A stretch of DNA of 63,494 nt, the filler included, from Octopus bimaculoides (lineage: Eukaryota): the NCBI RefSeq assembly GCF_001194135.2. It is 7 parts of 7 records of this genome, joined end to end, with 100 filler letters (N's around TTAATTAATTAA, not from the genome) between each part and the next. Parts side by side here need not be neighbours in the genome. Positions count along the whole stretch, not along the records: positions 1 to 10,477 come from NC_068993.1; positions 10,578 to 26,576 come from NC_069002.1; 5 more parts are not named here. One strand, written 5' to 3'. Positions within the stretch are counted from its first letter, which is position 1; each line of letters starts with the position of its first letter. The notes below the pieces were generated by a model, which saw only the letters and a program-made list of their open reading frames with translations, was not told the origin of the DNA and did not search any database. The translations under genes and the position numbers were made by a program. This document shows positions 1-11,728 of the stretch, in pieces.

Positions 1-109
1 AAGGATTGCAGAATAGTGAAACGCATTTTACCGAACCCCACCCCACCCCCACCCCATCAAACTACGTCAGCAAAAGTGAGAGCAGAGCTAAACCACCGCC
101 ATGCCAATT

Positions 110-660
110 CTGTGTCAACTAAAACGGTTCGAGGTGAGTTCCATAAAACTGGATACCATGGTCAGGCTGTAATAGCTTCCCATTAGTCCACTGCTGCTGA
201 TACACGCCACTCTGCACAACCAGTACTCCACGACGATGCTAGACAGAATAGATCAGTCTCTCAAAGTACCTGTCTGCAGGCCCATCGATATTTTCTGGTC
301 GATTTTGACTCCTGTTGCCATTTAGCACCCCTTAAGAACGATGCTGATAGCTTCGATGTACTTGGTGCATGACACTATGACGGCGACATCGTCCGCATCT
401 TCCGACGCTAGTCTTAGAGATTCTAGTTCGTGCAGGATGCCTCTCAAAAGTCTTCAGTTATTGCATTAGAATCTCTAGAGTCAGAACATACTAAAAGGAT
501 GAGAAAGGAGAAAGAAGAATCTTCACAGACCAAGTGCATGGTACTGAACGGTTTTGGTATTTTACTCTGACCACCGAACAGACATCACTACAGTGCAGCA
601 ATCCAGACTTTGTAATCAGGATCTGTTTTTTTATTACCCATGCGGGCTACCATAGAGGTA
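110..660 (-). mobile_element. Decayed L1/Tx1-like reverse transcriptase fragment
   Basis: Manual minus-strand translation with frameshifts and stops gives WIAAL..SDVCSVVRV..KPFS, then LRGILHELESLRLASEDADDVAVIVSCTKYIEAISIVLK..ATGVKIDQKISMGL. This resembles the YADD region and the ATGAKIN..KS motif of L1/Tx1 RTs. Confidence 0.65.
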
Positions 661-1692
661 ATCAGGATCGTAACAGGCTTCTATGAGGACAACAACTTAG
701 TTTTCATTCATGGCCAGTCTCTCATTCTCCTGATTGCTTTAGTAACAAATGGAACAATAAAACCAACAAATGCAACTCTCTGGAATCGAAAAGCAAGACA
801 CAAACTCAAGGAGTTTCCTAAACACCACCACCACCACCACCACCACCTGCGCCTACATATATATGTGTATGTGTATATATNNNNNNNNNNNNNNNNNNNN
901 NNNNNNNNNNNNNNNNNNNNNNNNNNNNNNNNNNNNNNNNNNNNNNNNNNNNNNNNNNNNNNNNNNNNNNNNNNNNNNNNNNNNNNNNNNNNNNNNNNNN
1001 NNNNNNNNNNNNNNNNNNNNNNNNNNNNNNNNNNNNNNNNNNNNNNNNNNNNNNNNNNNNNNNNNNNNNNNNNNNNNNNNNNNNNNNNNNNNNNNNNNNN
1101 NNNNNNNNNNNNNNNNNNNNNNNNNNNNNNNNNNNNNNNNNNNNNNNNNNNNNNNNNNNNNNNNNNNNNNNNNNNNNNNNNNNNNNNNNNNNNNNNNNNN
1201 NNNNNNNNNNNNNNNNNNNNNNNNNNNNNNNNNNNNNNNNNNNNNNNNNNNNNNNNNNNNNNNNNNNNNNNNNNNNNNNNNNNNNNNNNNNNNNNNNNNN
1301 NNNNNNNNNNNNNNNNNNNNNNNNNNNNNNNNNNNNNNNNNNNNNNNNNNNNNNNNNNNNNNNNNNNNNNNNNNNNNNNNNNNNNNNNNNNNNNNNNNNN
1401 NNNNNNNNNNNNNNNNNNNNNNNNNNNNNNNNNNNNNNNNNNNNNNNNNNNNNNNNNNNNNNNNNNNNNNNNNNNNNNNNNNNNNNNNNNNNNNNNNNNN
1501 NNNNNNNNNNNNNNNNNNNNNNNNNNNNNNNNNNNNNNNNNNNNNNNNNNNNNNNNNNNNNNNNNNNNNNNNNNNNNNNNNNNNNNNNNNNNNNNNNNNN
1601 NNNNNNNNNNNNNNNNNNNNNNNNNNNNNNNNNNNNNNNNNNNNNNNNNNNNNNNNNNNNNNNNNNNNNNNTGTGTGTGTGTGTGTGTGTGT

Positions 1693-1897
1693 GTTTGTGT
1701 GTCTGTGTTTGTACCTCCACCGTCGACAACCAATGTTGGTGTGTTTACGACCCCCTAACTAGCGGTTCGGCAAAAGAGACCGATAGAATAAGTACTAGGC
1801 TTACAAAGAATAGGTCCTGGGGTCGATTTGTTCGACTGAAAGGCGGTGCTCCAGCATGGCTGCAGACAAATGGCTAAAACGAATAAAAGAATAAGAG
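1693..1897 (+). mobile_element. SINE 3' segment (family D: ...GACCGATAGAATAAGTACTAGGCTTACAAAGAATA...GGTGCTCCAGCATGGC)
   Basis: The same sequence recurs at about 14480-14680(-), 25250-25470(-), 26200-26395, 46000-46180, 46690-46900 and 55690-55890(-), usually next to (GT)n/(CA)n. Confidence 0.75.
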
Positions 1898-3126
1898 AAT
1901 ATGATATATATACATACATACATATATATACACACATGCACACACAAGTCCATGTGCACTAATATAAATTATATACGTATATTTGTGTGTGCCTGTGCGT
2001 ATGTGTGTGTGTGTCTGTGTGTACATGATTCACATAATCTTGTACATGTATGCGTCTCTGCATGTAGGTGTATATACTCAACAAGGTTGAAATTATCACT
2101 GTATTGTTATTGATTGCTTATTTTTATGCAGACGATCGTTTCTGAATCTCTTCTTTTCCCCTCTTCTCGTCCTCATCAATACACTTTTGTTGAGTTGAGT
2201 TTAAAGTTCAAATTGAAATTTATAAAAACATTTGAAGAGATTTTCTTTACTTCGAATGAATACATACGTGACTTAATTGAAAGGCAAAATGAAAAAAAAA
2301 TAGTCTTGTAATTATGTATCGAACAGCGGAGCCTCATAAGAATAATTTCCTTTTATGTGTGTTTACGTGTGAGTTTTATAGTGAGAGAGTTAAATAATAT
2401 ATATTATAAAGAATAAAGAGAATAGTTTAGGTGGGCGATTTGGACTTTGTTCTCGTATCTTTGGTTCTTAGCTAGGCTGAATCTATTAATTCTTCGCTCA
2501 GTTCTTCAATAGAGAAATCCATTATTTTCGCTGGCGAAGTTCTTTAATATAACCTATACTGGTCAATATAATATATAATATAACTTATATACACACACAC
2601 ATATATATTTATATATATATGAAATAACTACAACTTGGTGTATTGTGGTACTATTGTATTGTTACTCATTGCTGGACACTGTACGGCTACAGTTCGATAA
2701 GCTTGTGGGCTGTTACAGGAAAGGAAATATTTCCCCTCTTGTCAAACTCCTACTTTACGCAATATTACGGACTGCTATTCAATTTAAGGGTTATAGAATA
2801 AAATCTCCCCCCTCTCTCTATCCCTCTCTCTCTCTTCGTCCTTTACTTTCTGACCTTTCCCCCAACTTCTCTCCCTGACTCTTTCCCGTCATTCTCTTTG
2901 CTCCACCATTCTTTAATCTGATAAATAACCTAACACCACGGTATAGATTGTTAATAGATTTAGAGTTATTATTGCCCAGGAAAGGCCACAAACTTATCGA
3001 ACCGTAGCGTTTGTAATCGCCCATAATGACCAGCGGTACAATACTTCTGGTTTATACCAACCAAGCTATAGTTACTTTCCCTTGCATAAGTATATCATAT
3101 ATGATAATAATAATAATAACAACAAC

Positions 3127-3190
<64 letters not shown>

Positions 3191-3769
3191 TATAATGACC
3201 AACTGTTTATATTAAAGAATTTCATCATAGTAAAAAGGAGAAAAATGTATTTTACGAATGAAAGCCTACTTTCCTCCTTTCTCATACAAACACGTACGCA
3301 TGCGCACACATNNNNNNNNNNNNNNNNNNNNNNNNNNNNNNNNNNNNNNNNNNNNNNNNNNNNNNNNNNNNNNNNNNNNNNNNNNNNNNNNNNNNNNNNN
3401 NNNNNNNNNNNNNNNNNNNNNNNNNNNNNNNNNNNNNNNNNNNNNNNNNNNNNNNNNNNNNNNNNNNNNNNNNNNNNNNNNNNNNNNNNNNNNNNNNNNN
3501 NNNNNNNNNNNNNNNNNNNNNNNNNNNNNNNNNNNNNNNNNNNNNNNNNNNNNNNNNNNNNNNNNNNNNNNNNNNNNNNNNNNNNNNNNNNNNNNNNNNN
3601 NNNNNNNNNNNNNNNNNNNNNNNNNNNNNNNNNNNNNNNNNNNNNNNNNNNNNNNNNNNNNNNNNNNNNNNNNNNNNNNATACGCGTGTGTAAATGTCTA
3701 TATGAATGTATGTGTGTATCCATACATACATATACATGTGTGTGTCTGCTTCTTTATATATACGTATAT

Positions 3770-3962
3770 ATGATTGACCGTTGACTGAACACTATTCAAT
3801 TTTTTTTCTCCGTGTTTTTCTCCTTGTCTCCGTATTCTTTCTGTTGAAGAGCGTAGCTCGAAACGTCAAAGACTTTCCGTATTCCCGAGCGTCATACTAA
3901 TATATACTTTTGTTATTTACACCACCTGTCCTCGTCTGTTGTTATTTTTTGTATATTCTCCC
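3770..3962. repeat. Interspersed repeat resembling a Penelope-like element terminus (TTGAAGAGCGTAGCTCGAAACGTC core)
   Basis: Near-identical copy at 26843-27035 and a partial inverted copy at 43599-43690. The Penelope assignment is inferred from the GAAGA...CGAAAC motif. Confidence 0.55.
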
Positions 3963-4017
3963 ATATATATATATATATATATGTATACATACATACAGGC
4001 ATGTAACTGGAAGCTAT

Positions 4018-4288
4018 GCCGGTGGCACGTAAAGAGTACCATTTGAGCGTTGGGCCTCAACGGAAGCAATGTGGCCGATGCCGGTGTCACTTAACTGGCA
4101 CCTGTGCCAGTGAGAGGTAAAAGCACCCATTACACTGTCGAAGTGGTTGGCGTTAGGAAGGGCATCCTGTCGTAGAAACCCTACCAAATCAGACTGGAAT
4201 CTGGTACAGCCCCTCAGCTTACCAGCCCTGGTCAAATTGTCCAACACATGCCAGCATGGACAACAGACGTTAAATGATGATGATGATA
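4018..4288 (+). mobile_element. SINE/LINE-tail repeat ending in (GAT)n
   Basis: GCCGGTGGCACGTAAA...GTTGGCGTTAGGAAGGGCATCC...GACGTTAAATGATGATG. Related copies at 24545-24694 and, inverted, at 13826-13942 and 12040-12260. Confidence 0.65.
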
Positions 4289-4724
4289 CATACATACATA
4301 TTATCAAAAGCAGATGATTTTCCTACACAGGTTTCTATCAATGACTACCACGAACCACCTGTGTTTATCAATATTCAGTTTAATCCCATCCTCGTATCTC
4401 AGTTGAAGCTCAACCTATTTTTCTATATTACTTACTTGCTATGATTATAGTATTCGTCGCGATAACCAACTTTCTTCCGCTTTTTGGATATGGATGCCCA
4501 CGTTTTAAAATCTATGTAGAAGTGCCTTATATATTTTTCAAGGTACCCAACAAAAAAGCATTTACAAATAATCCAGAGAAACACACTGCTTTGGAGTAAC
4601 ACTTATAACAACAACAACAACGATAAAAAGAATCCGCACGGAATATATTTAAAAATGTTACATAAACTCACGCACACATAAGAAAGTAAAAAAAAAAAAA
4701 CCTTTGTAAACCTGATACATAAAT

Positions 4725-5221
4725 GTATAAAAATTCTGAAATACGACATTAATGGCATTAAAAACACCGTTATGGAGCTAAAAGATTTTTTATCATCACT
4801 CAGTATTCATGCAGCAGTAATTCAGGAAACATTCCTACTACCAGAACATTTAGCAGCTACTAATCCAAATTATACTGATATCAGCACTAGACAGACCGTT
4901 TTATAACGGAGGTGGTCTGATAACACACACGTATACCCTTCACACACACACGCTTGCGTGCGCACACACACATACGCGCGCATGCGCACACACATTATAT
5001 GTGCATATACACACATATATACACACATATAAAGTCACATTTAATATATAAATATCACAAATGTCATTACATCAAACGACATTACATCTTAAATGCAGGC
5101 TTTCAAAATAAAAAGTAGCTACACGATTCAGACCATTGACGCGTATTCAGAGCATTACAAAGAACACATTACTCATGAAACAAACACACACACACACACA
5201 CGCATACACACACACACACGA

Positions 5222-5252
<31 letters not shown>

Positions 5253-5860
5253 TTTTCATAAACACACATATACACGCTGGCTTCAACAACAATAATAACA
5301 TAAACCTCCTACTCGTACCATTCCTACTATCGCCGACATCAGCAGAACTTTTGATTCCGTCCCCCGCTGTCATTTACATTCAAACTGTAGACCATCATAA
5401 ATAATATTCAACGACACCTCAAACAATACTATACACTGGTTAGTATACTACCACTAAGCTGTCAAGCTTACGCACGAGCGTGTACAAGAACTACACTTCC
5501 AGAACCCTCGGTTTCCTGAAAGGCGTTAACAGGTATCTCGACTCGCAGTTAATCTCTTCAGCCGGTATCAATACGGCTTTCCCATAACGCCATGAAACAA
5601 ACATATATCCTTACCACACAGATGACATTGTATTTACATCCTTCACTATTTTCTATCCCTGCTGTTTAACTAAACTAATAGTATTTAAATTACCTAAAAT
5701 CTTGGACCCTCAAAAGAATATCTCAAGTCTTCCCAATCATATGCACTGTCTTCTATATTATCAGCAACATCAGACAATACCAAGGAAAATCAAATCTCAT
5801 ACTCACTAACATAAGCACACCACATCAGAGGAAGATAACCACAAGGCCTGGAATTTTAGG
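4725..5860 (+). mobile_element. Decayed I/Jockey-group LINE (APE and RT remnants), interrupted by (CA)n
   Basis: KILKYDINGIKN...IHAAVIQETFL (APE N-terminal NxNG and QET motifs) at about 4730-4850; KPPTRT...ADISRTFDSVP (DxSKAFD motif) at about 5300-5370; YHTDDIVFTS (YADD-like) at about 5612-5642. Confidence 0.6.
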
Positions 5861-6284
5861 GAAGAGATTAAATCGATTACATCGACTCCAGTGTGTAACT
5901 GGTATTTATTTAATCGACCCCGAAAATGATATAAGGCAGAGTCAACTTCAGCGGAATTTGAACTCAGAACGTAATGGCAGACGAAATGCCGCTAACCATT
6001 TTGTTCGGCATGCCGCTAAGCATTTTGCCCGCCTTAATTTCCCCAAATGGTAACTGCAACACACGTTACCAACAGTGAAAACTATTCCATAATTATATTT
6101 TTTTTGACAATTTTTAGATTAAGATTTGTGTTTGGAAGAAAAGGAGAAAAAGATTCTGACAATGCAAACACGCTATACTGTATTCGCTCAGCTACATCAT
6201 ACTATGTTTACGCTACGCTACACGACATACTGAAGACTGCAACACGAGGACAACATAGCGACGTCATGTTTAATCTCCGATATA

Positions 6285-6317
<33 letters not shown>

Positions 6318-6519
6318 ATATATGTATATATTGGAAAATGTGTGAGATCCTTGGTACAGTTAGATATACTTTAAGAAAGAAAAAGAATGACTTCACTGGG
6401 AGTTCTAATCAGTTTAATTTATTATTTTTTAATTAAAGTTTATAAAATTTATATTATTAAAAGATTAAAAATTAATAAATTAAACTGATTAGAATTAACA
6501 ATTCATTTTTTCTTTTCAA

Positions 6520-6558
<39 letters not shown>

Positions 6559-6746
6559 TGTGTGTGTGTATGTGTGTGTGTATGTGTGTGTGTATGTGCA
6601 TGTGCGTAGAATAGTATTATAACACATCCTTTTGACATATATATATATGTATGTATGTATGTATGTTTGTATCAGTCGACCCTCCTCTCCCTTTCACTCC
6701 CGCTCACTGCAACCACCAGTTGAATAAAGAGATGTTGATACTCCCA

Positions 6747-6760
6747 GTTACCATGACAAC
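6747..6760. promoter_or_regulatory. RFX X-box-like motif GTTACCATGACAAC
   Basis: Fits the GTHNYYATRRNAAC consensus and lies in a non-repetitive island (6680-6860). No linked gene is visible. Confidence 0.3.
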
Positions 6761-7757
6761 AGATTAAGACAAACAAAGCCTGGATGATTTAGGGTTCTAC
6801 TACTGACACACAATGTAACAAACACTGACTGCTAGGGTTCAAACGGGGTTAACTATATACTTGCATGGAGATGGGGAGGATATGGTGGTGGTGGTGGTGG
6901 TGGTTGGTGCCGGGGTGGGGTAGGGTGGATGGAGGGGTGTTCGGAGTACGTGGAGGTTGTGTTTACAGCTATTGCTATATAATACTCTATTATCGACCCA
7001 CTGCTACCCACCCCCACCCTCCACCATCACTACCACCCTTATCACCACCCCTACCACTACTATCAACATTAGCATCAATGCCGCCACCACCATCACCACC
7101 ACCACCACCACCACCACCACCACCACCACCACCATAATTATCGCTTCCANNNNNNNNNNNNNNNNNNNNNNNNNNNNNNNNNNNNNNNNNNNNNNNNNNN
7201 NNNNNNNNNNNNNNNNNNNNNNNNNNNNNNNNNNNNNNNNNNNNNNNNNNNNNNNNNNNNNNNNNNNNNNNNNNNNNNNNNNNNNNNNNNNNNNNNNNNN
7301 NNNNNNNNNNNNNNNNNNNNNNNNNNNNNNNNNNNNNNNNNNNNNNNNNNNNNNNNNNNNNNNNNNNNNNNNNNNNNNNNNNNNNNNNNNNNNNNNNNNN
7401 NNNNNNNNNNNNNNNNNNNNNNNNNNNNNNNNNNNNNNNNNNNNNNNNNNNNNNNNNNNNNNNNNNNNNNNNNNNNNNNNNNNNNNNNNNNNNNNNNNNN
7501 NNNNNNNNNNNNNNNNNNNNNNNNNNNNNNNNNNNNNNNNNNNNNNNNNNNNNNNNNNNNNNNNNNNNNNNNNNNNNNNNNNNNNNNNNNNNNNNNNNNN
7601 NNNNNNNNNNNNNNNNNNNNNNNNNNNCAATGCCAACGCCAACACCACCGCCATTTTGCTTATCGATTTCTTCTTTCTGAGTCATGGGAAATATGAAATA
7701 CATAAATCCAACGTCTCCCAACAATCTCAACAGTTTATACCACCACCATCACCAACA

Positions 7758-7797
<40 letters not shown>

Positions 7798-7798
7798 C

Positions 7799-7841
<43 letters not shown>

Positions 7842-7974
7842 GTAACACTACCAATACTGCTACGGCTTGTGCATGTTGGGGGGTTGTGGGAAGAGCGGTT
7901 GTAGAACGGTTATGGGTCTTAGGAGCGGATTGGGGGTGAAGGACGTGGTGGTGAGGATGTGATGGTGGTAGCGG

Positions 7975-8277
7975 TGATAGTAGTAGTAGTAGCAGTGGTT
8001 ATAGTAGTAACAGCAGTAGTAGTAGTACTAGTAGTAGTAGTAGTAGTAGTAGCAGTGGTTATAGTAGTAGTAGTAATAGTAGCAGTAGTGGTTATAGTAA
8101 TAATTATAGTAGTAGTAGGAGCAGTGGTTATAGTAGTAGTAGTAGTAGTAATAGTAGCAGTAGTGGTTATAGTAATAGTAGTAGTAGTAGTAGGAGGAGG
8201 AGCAGTGGTTATAGTAGTAGTAGTAATAGTAGCAGTAGTGGTTATAGTAATAGTAGTAGTAGTAGTAGGAGCAGTGG
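7975..8277. repeat. Composite (AGT)n-derived minisatellite
   Basis: GCAGTGGTTATAG recurs at 7992, 8052, 8121 and 8202, and partially (GCAGTGG, cut by the gap) at 8271, alternating with GCAGTAGTGGTTATAG. Confidence 0.7.
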
Positions 8278-8642
8278 NNNNNNNNNNTGTATCTACCCAC
8301 CGCCACCGCCACCACCTACATCAACACCGCTGTCACCACCATGACCACCAATATCATCATCATTAACTGCACAGTTACCACGATGACCATCACTAACACC
8401 ATCACCCCCGCTGCCCGCAGTACCACCACCACCACCACCAGAGCCATTACCATCGCGGCCATCACATCCACTAAGGCCATCAAACATTCCGACCACGACT
8501 ACCGCGGCTGCAACCATCGCTAATTAACCAAAATAAGAAATTTCATACACAATTTCGATTACATTATTTGATGTGGTATTCGTATAGAATGTCACGGCTC
8601 CTTGCGCTTCTTATGATTAAACGAAAAATATCAAGAATTACG

Positions 8643-8805
8643 TGCAGGCGTGACTGAGCGGTAAGAAACTTGTTTCTCCAACCACATCGTTCCGGGTTCA
8701 GTCCCACTGCGTGACACATTGGGCAAGTCTCTTCTGCTGTAGCTTCGGACTGACCAACACCTTGTGAGTGGATTTTGGTAGACGGAAACCAAAAGAAGAC
8801 CGTCG
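8643..8805 (+). mobile_element. tRNA-head SINE (family C: GCAGGCGTG..GGTTCAGTCCCACTGCGTGGCACCTTGGGCAAGTG)
   Basis: A/B-box-like head plus a conserved central block. Other copies at 14085-14212(-), 15233-15320, 23535-23700(-), 24420-24533, 32137-32225(-), 32934-33072(-) and 45860-45960. Confidence 0.75.
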
Positions 8806-9733
8806 TATATATATATATATATATATATACATAGTAGTATATATATGTATATTCGGGGCTAATCGAATACTTACTTTATCGACCCCACAAGGGTGAAAAG
8901 TAAAATCAACCTAAGCGGAGTTTGATCTCAGAGTGTAATGACGAACGAAATGCCGCTAAGCATTCTGCCCGGCGTGCTACCGCTTCTGCCAGTTCGCCTT
9001 ATATATAAACGAGTTCCCCCGCAACCTCCCCACACACGTACAGTATATNNNNNNNNNNNNNNNNNNNNNNNNNNNNNNNNNNNNNNNNNNNNNNNNNNNN
9101 NNNNNNNNNNNNNNNNNNNNNNNNNNNNNNNNNNNNNNNNNNNNNNNNNNNNNNNNNNNNNNNNNNNNNNNNNNNNNNNNNNNNNNNNNNNNNNNNNNNN
9201 NNNNNNNNNNNNNNNNNNNNNNNNNNNNNNNNNNNNNNNNNNNNNNNNNNNNNNNNNNNNNNNNNNNNNNNNNNNNNNNNNNNNNNNNNNNNNNNNNNNN
9301 NNNNNNNNNNNNNNNNNNNNNNNNNNNNNNNNNNNNNNNNNNNNNNNNNNNNNNNNNNNNNNNNNNNNNNNNNNNNNNNNNNNNNNNNNNNNNNNNNNNN
9401 NNNNNNNNNNNNNNNNNNNNNNNNNNNNNNNNNNNNNNNNNNNNNNNNNNNNNNNNNNNNNNNNNNNNNNNNNNNNNNNNNNNNNNNNNNNNNNNNNNNN
9501 NNNNNNNNNNNNNNNNNNNNNNNNNNNNNNNNNNNNNNNNNNNNNNNNNNNNNNNNNNNNNNNNNNNNNNTGTGGTGAAAGGAGTACAGCAGGGTTCACC
9601 TGCTGCGACCTACTGGAACCTCTTGGAGCTTTGGGTGTTTTCGTTCAATAAACACTCACAACGCCCGGTCTGAGAATCGAAAGCGCGATCCTACGACTAC
9701 GAATCCGCTGCCCTAACCACTGGGCCATTGCGC

Positions 9734-9783
<50 letters not shown>

Positions 9784-10089
9784 GTGTGTGTATGTATGTA
9801 TGTATTGTTTTAATTAAATTCTCTATTGCGTGTTTTATTCTTGTTTCATTCGAGTTTTATTCACTTGTTGCGATTCATTCTGAAGCAACCCATACTTCAT
9901 CAAAACATTTGCCACGCCCCATTTTGGCATAGTAGCCAGTGAAGGTTTTAAGCTACCTTGTCGTGTCTACGCTTGTATTCTTTCTGCGCAAGACTTTCAC
10001 AAGCGTTAACGTGAGTCACGGTTTCGATCCTCTCCCACACATTCTGCAGAGGTCCGTTGTACTTGTGTGGTATACATTCTTTTTCACTC

Positions 10090-10090
10090 A

Positions 10091-10124
<34 letters not shown>

Positions 10125-10477
10125 TTATGTTTGACTTTTGTTTTGCATTTGTACAAGTTGGATCCAAGTCTCACCCAGAGACCTCAAGAGACAACAAGTT
10201 AGAAGTTCATGTAGGTGTTATGCCTAGGGTACCATATATCTGGATTTGTACAGTTTTGTTCAAGTGAATGTTTAAGAAACCATAAGAAAATTATGTTTGC
10301 TTTAAAATTTGAGATCACATAGACAGTATTTTACGTAGGATATGGGCAGTTCCCATGAGCACTATCTTTTGGACTTCAGCCATTTTGGGGTTTCCTGGTA
10401 TCTGAGCTAGGTAGTAATCAGCCCGTTTCGCTGTCATTCCCAGGGCACCTATGACAATAGGTATTGTTTTCGTCTTC
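10090..10477 (-). mobile_element. 3' end of an R4/Dong-like (restriction-like endonuclease) non-LTR retrotransposon with an (AAT)n tail
   Basis: 10476-10315(-) reads KTKTIPIVIGALGMTAKRADYYLAQIPGNPKMAEVQKIVLMGTAHILRKILSM*. The PIVIGALG...QK..L.GTAHILR terminus is typical of R4-clade proteins. About 190 bp of 3' UTR and then (AAT)n follow. Confidence 0.75.
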
Positions 10478-10577
10478 NNNNNNNNNNNNNNNNNNNNNNN
10501 NNNNNNNNNNNNNNNNNNNNNTTAATTAATTAANNNNNNNNNNNNNNNNNNNNNNNNNNNNNNNNNNNNNNNNNNNN
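10478..10577. other. Artificial scaffold join (44 N + TTAATTAATTAA + 44 N)
   Basis: Identical 12-mer six-frame stop linkers at 10522, 26621, 32048, 47143, 53028 and 59206, each centred in a 100-bp N block. Confidence 0.95.
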
Positions 10578-10786
10578 AACATAAACAGGAAGTAAGAGTG
10601 AGAGAAAGTTGTGGTGAAAGAGTACAGCAGGGTTCGCCACCATCCCCTGCCGGAGCCTCGTGGAGCTTTAGGTGTTTTCGCTCAATAAACACTCACAACG
10701 CCCAGTCTGGGAATCGAAACCGCGAGTCCGCTGCCCTAACCACTGGGCCATTGCGCCTCCACATGTGTGTGTGTATATTGTAAATA

Positions 10787-11103
10787 AAGACCCCCTTCGG
10801 TCATAAATGACCATGGGATTGCACCTAGAAAGTTACCCCCCAAGACACAAGTCTGAACAAGATTGTTTATGGAAGACCAGCAGTCGCCCATGCGTACCAG
10901 CCTCCCCTCTCCATGCCACCAGTGTTATCTAAGGGAAAAGTAAAGGCGATACAACTTGGCACCAGTGATGTTGCAACTCATTTCTACAGCTGAGTGAACT
11001 GGAGCAATGTGAAATAAAGTGTCTTGCTCAAGAACACAACACACAACCCAGCCCGAGAATTGAACTTGATACCTCATGATTGTGAGCCCAATGCTCTAAC
11101 CAC
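10787..11103 (-). mobile_element. tRNA-head SINE (family E)
   Basis: The minus strand begins with a tRNA-like head and contains TTGAGCAAGACACTTTATTTCAC..GCTCCAGTTCACTCAGCTG. Other copies at 14695-15030(-) and 17996-18258(-). Confidence 0.75.
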
Positions 11104-11154
11104 TTTGCTATATATATTGTATATTTATATTATATATGTTTATGTTTCTATTAG

Positions 11155-11265
11155 GCACCATCGTCAAGTAATTGTTGAGTGGCTCGATGACCCCTCTGAA
11201 GAATTAGCTTTTACAGCTTCCATTCTAAGCCTGGATGCTAAAAATTACCATGCCTGGCAACATCG
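11155..11265 (+). CDS. FNTA: Protein farnesyltransferase/geranylgeranyltransferase-I alpha subunit, internal exon (first visible)
   Basis: AG|G CAC...CAT CG|GTAAG encodes (W)[37 protein letters not shown], matching the PFTA repeat of FNTA (human [37 protein letters not shown]). Confidence 0.95.
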
Positions 11266-11490
11266 GTAAGGAATCTTGTTTTTATTTCAATTTTGATTTA
11301 TTGTGCACCACCACTTCCATATGGAATGTGATAGTTAGGCACAGCTGTTTGGACACTGATGGTTTGGCACGGCTGACTGGACACTGATGGTTTGGCACGG
11401 CTGACTGGACATTCAGCCTGTTTTGACAATAGTAGTTTTTGGTGTTGGTGGCAAACAGACACACACAGAGACAGAAATGTATACATATAA

Positions 11491-11728
11491 GGCGGTGAGC
11501 TGGCAAAATCGTTAGCACACCAGGCGAAATGCTTAGCGGTATTTCGTCTGCCGTTATGTTCTGAGTTCAAATTCCGCCGAGGTCGACTTTGCCTTTCATC
11601 CTTTCGGGGTCGATAAATTAAGTACCAGTTGCATACTGGGGATCGATGCAATCGATTTAATCTCTTTATCTGTCCTTGTTTGTCCCCCTCTATGTTTATC
11701 CCCTTGTGGGCATTAAAGAAATAAGAAA
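11491..11728 (+). mobile_element. tRNA-head SINE (family B: GGCGGTGAGCTGGCAGAA..GAGTTCAAATTCCGCCGAGGTCGACTTTGCCTTTCATCC)
   Basis: B-box GAGTTCAAAT. Further copies at 5880-6030(-), 8860-8995(-), 16121-16335, 23901-24131, 34020-34250, 34405-34700, 38346-38520, 38586-38810 and 43740-43983(-). Confidence 0.8.

Noticed and set aside
640-1762. Long ORFs spanning N runs (also 3026-3784, 6957-7904, 15422-15989, 21527-22206, 34632-35619, 38714-39710, 44321-45229, 54246-59209, 61241-61901)
   Set aside because: Their length comes from translating N gaps; the flanks are microsatellite or SINE sequence.
1-10477. Search for FNTA exons 1-4 upstream and for the GLYAT-like first exon in 26677-32003
   Set aside because: No matching peptides found. 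They probably lie in gaps or on other scaffolds.
10522-10533. Palindromic TTAATTAATTAA repeated six times at intervals
   Set aside because: A synthetic six-frame stop linker embedded in N blocks, not a biological repeat or CRISPR-like array.
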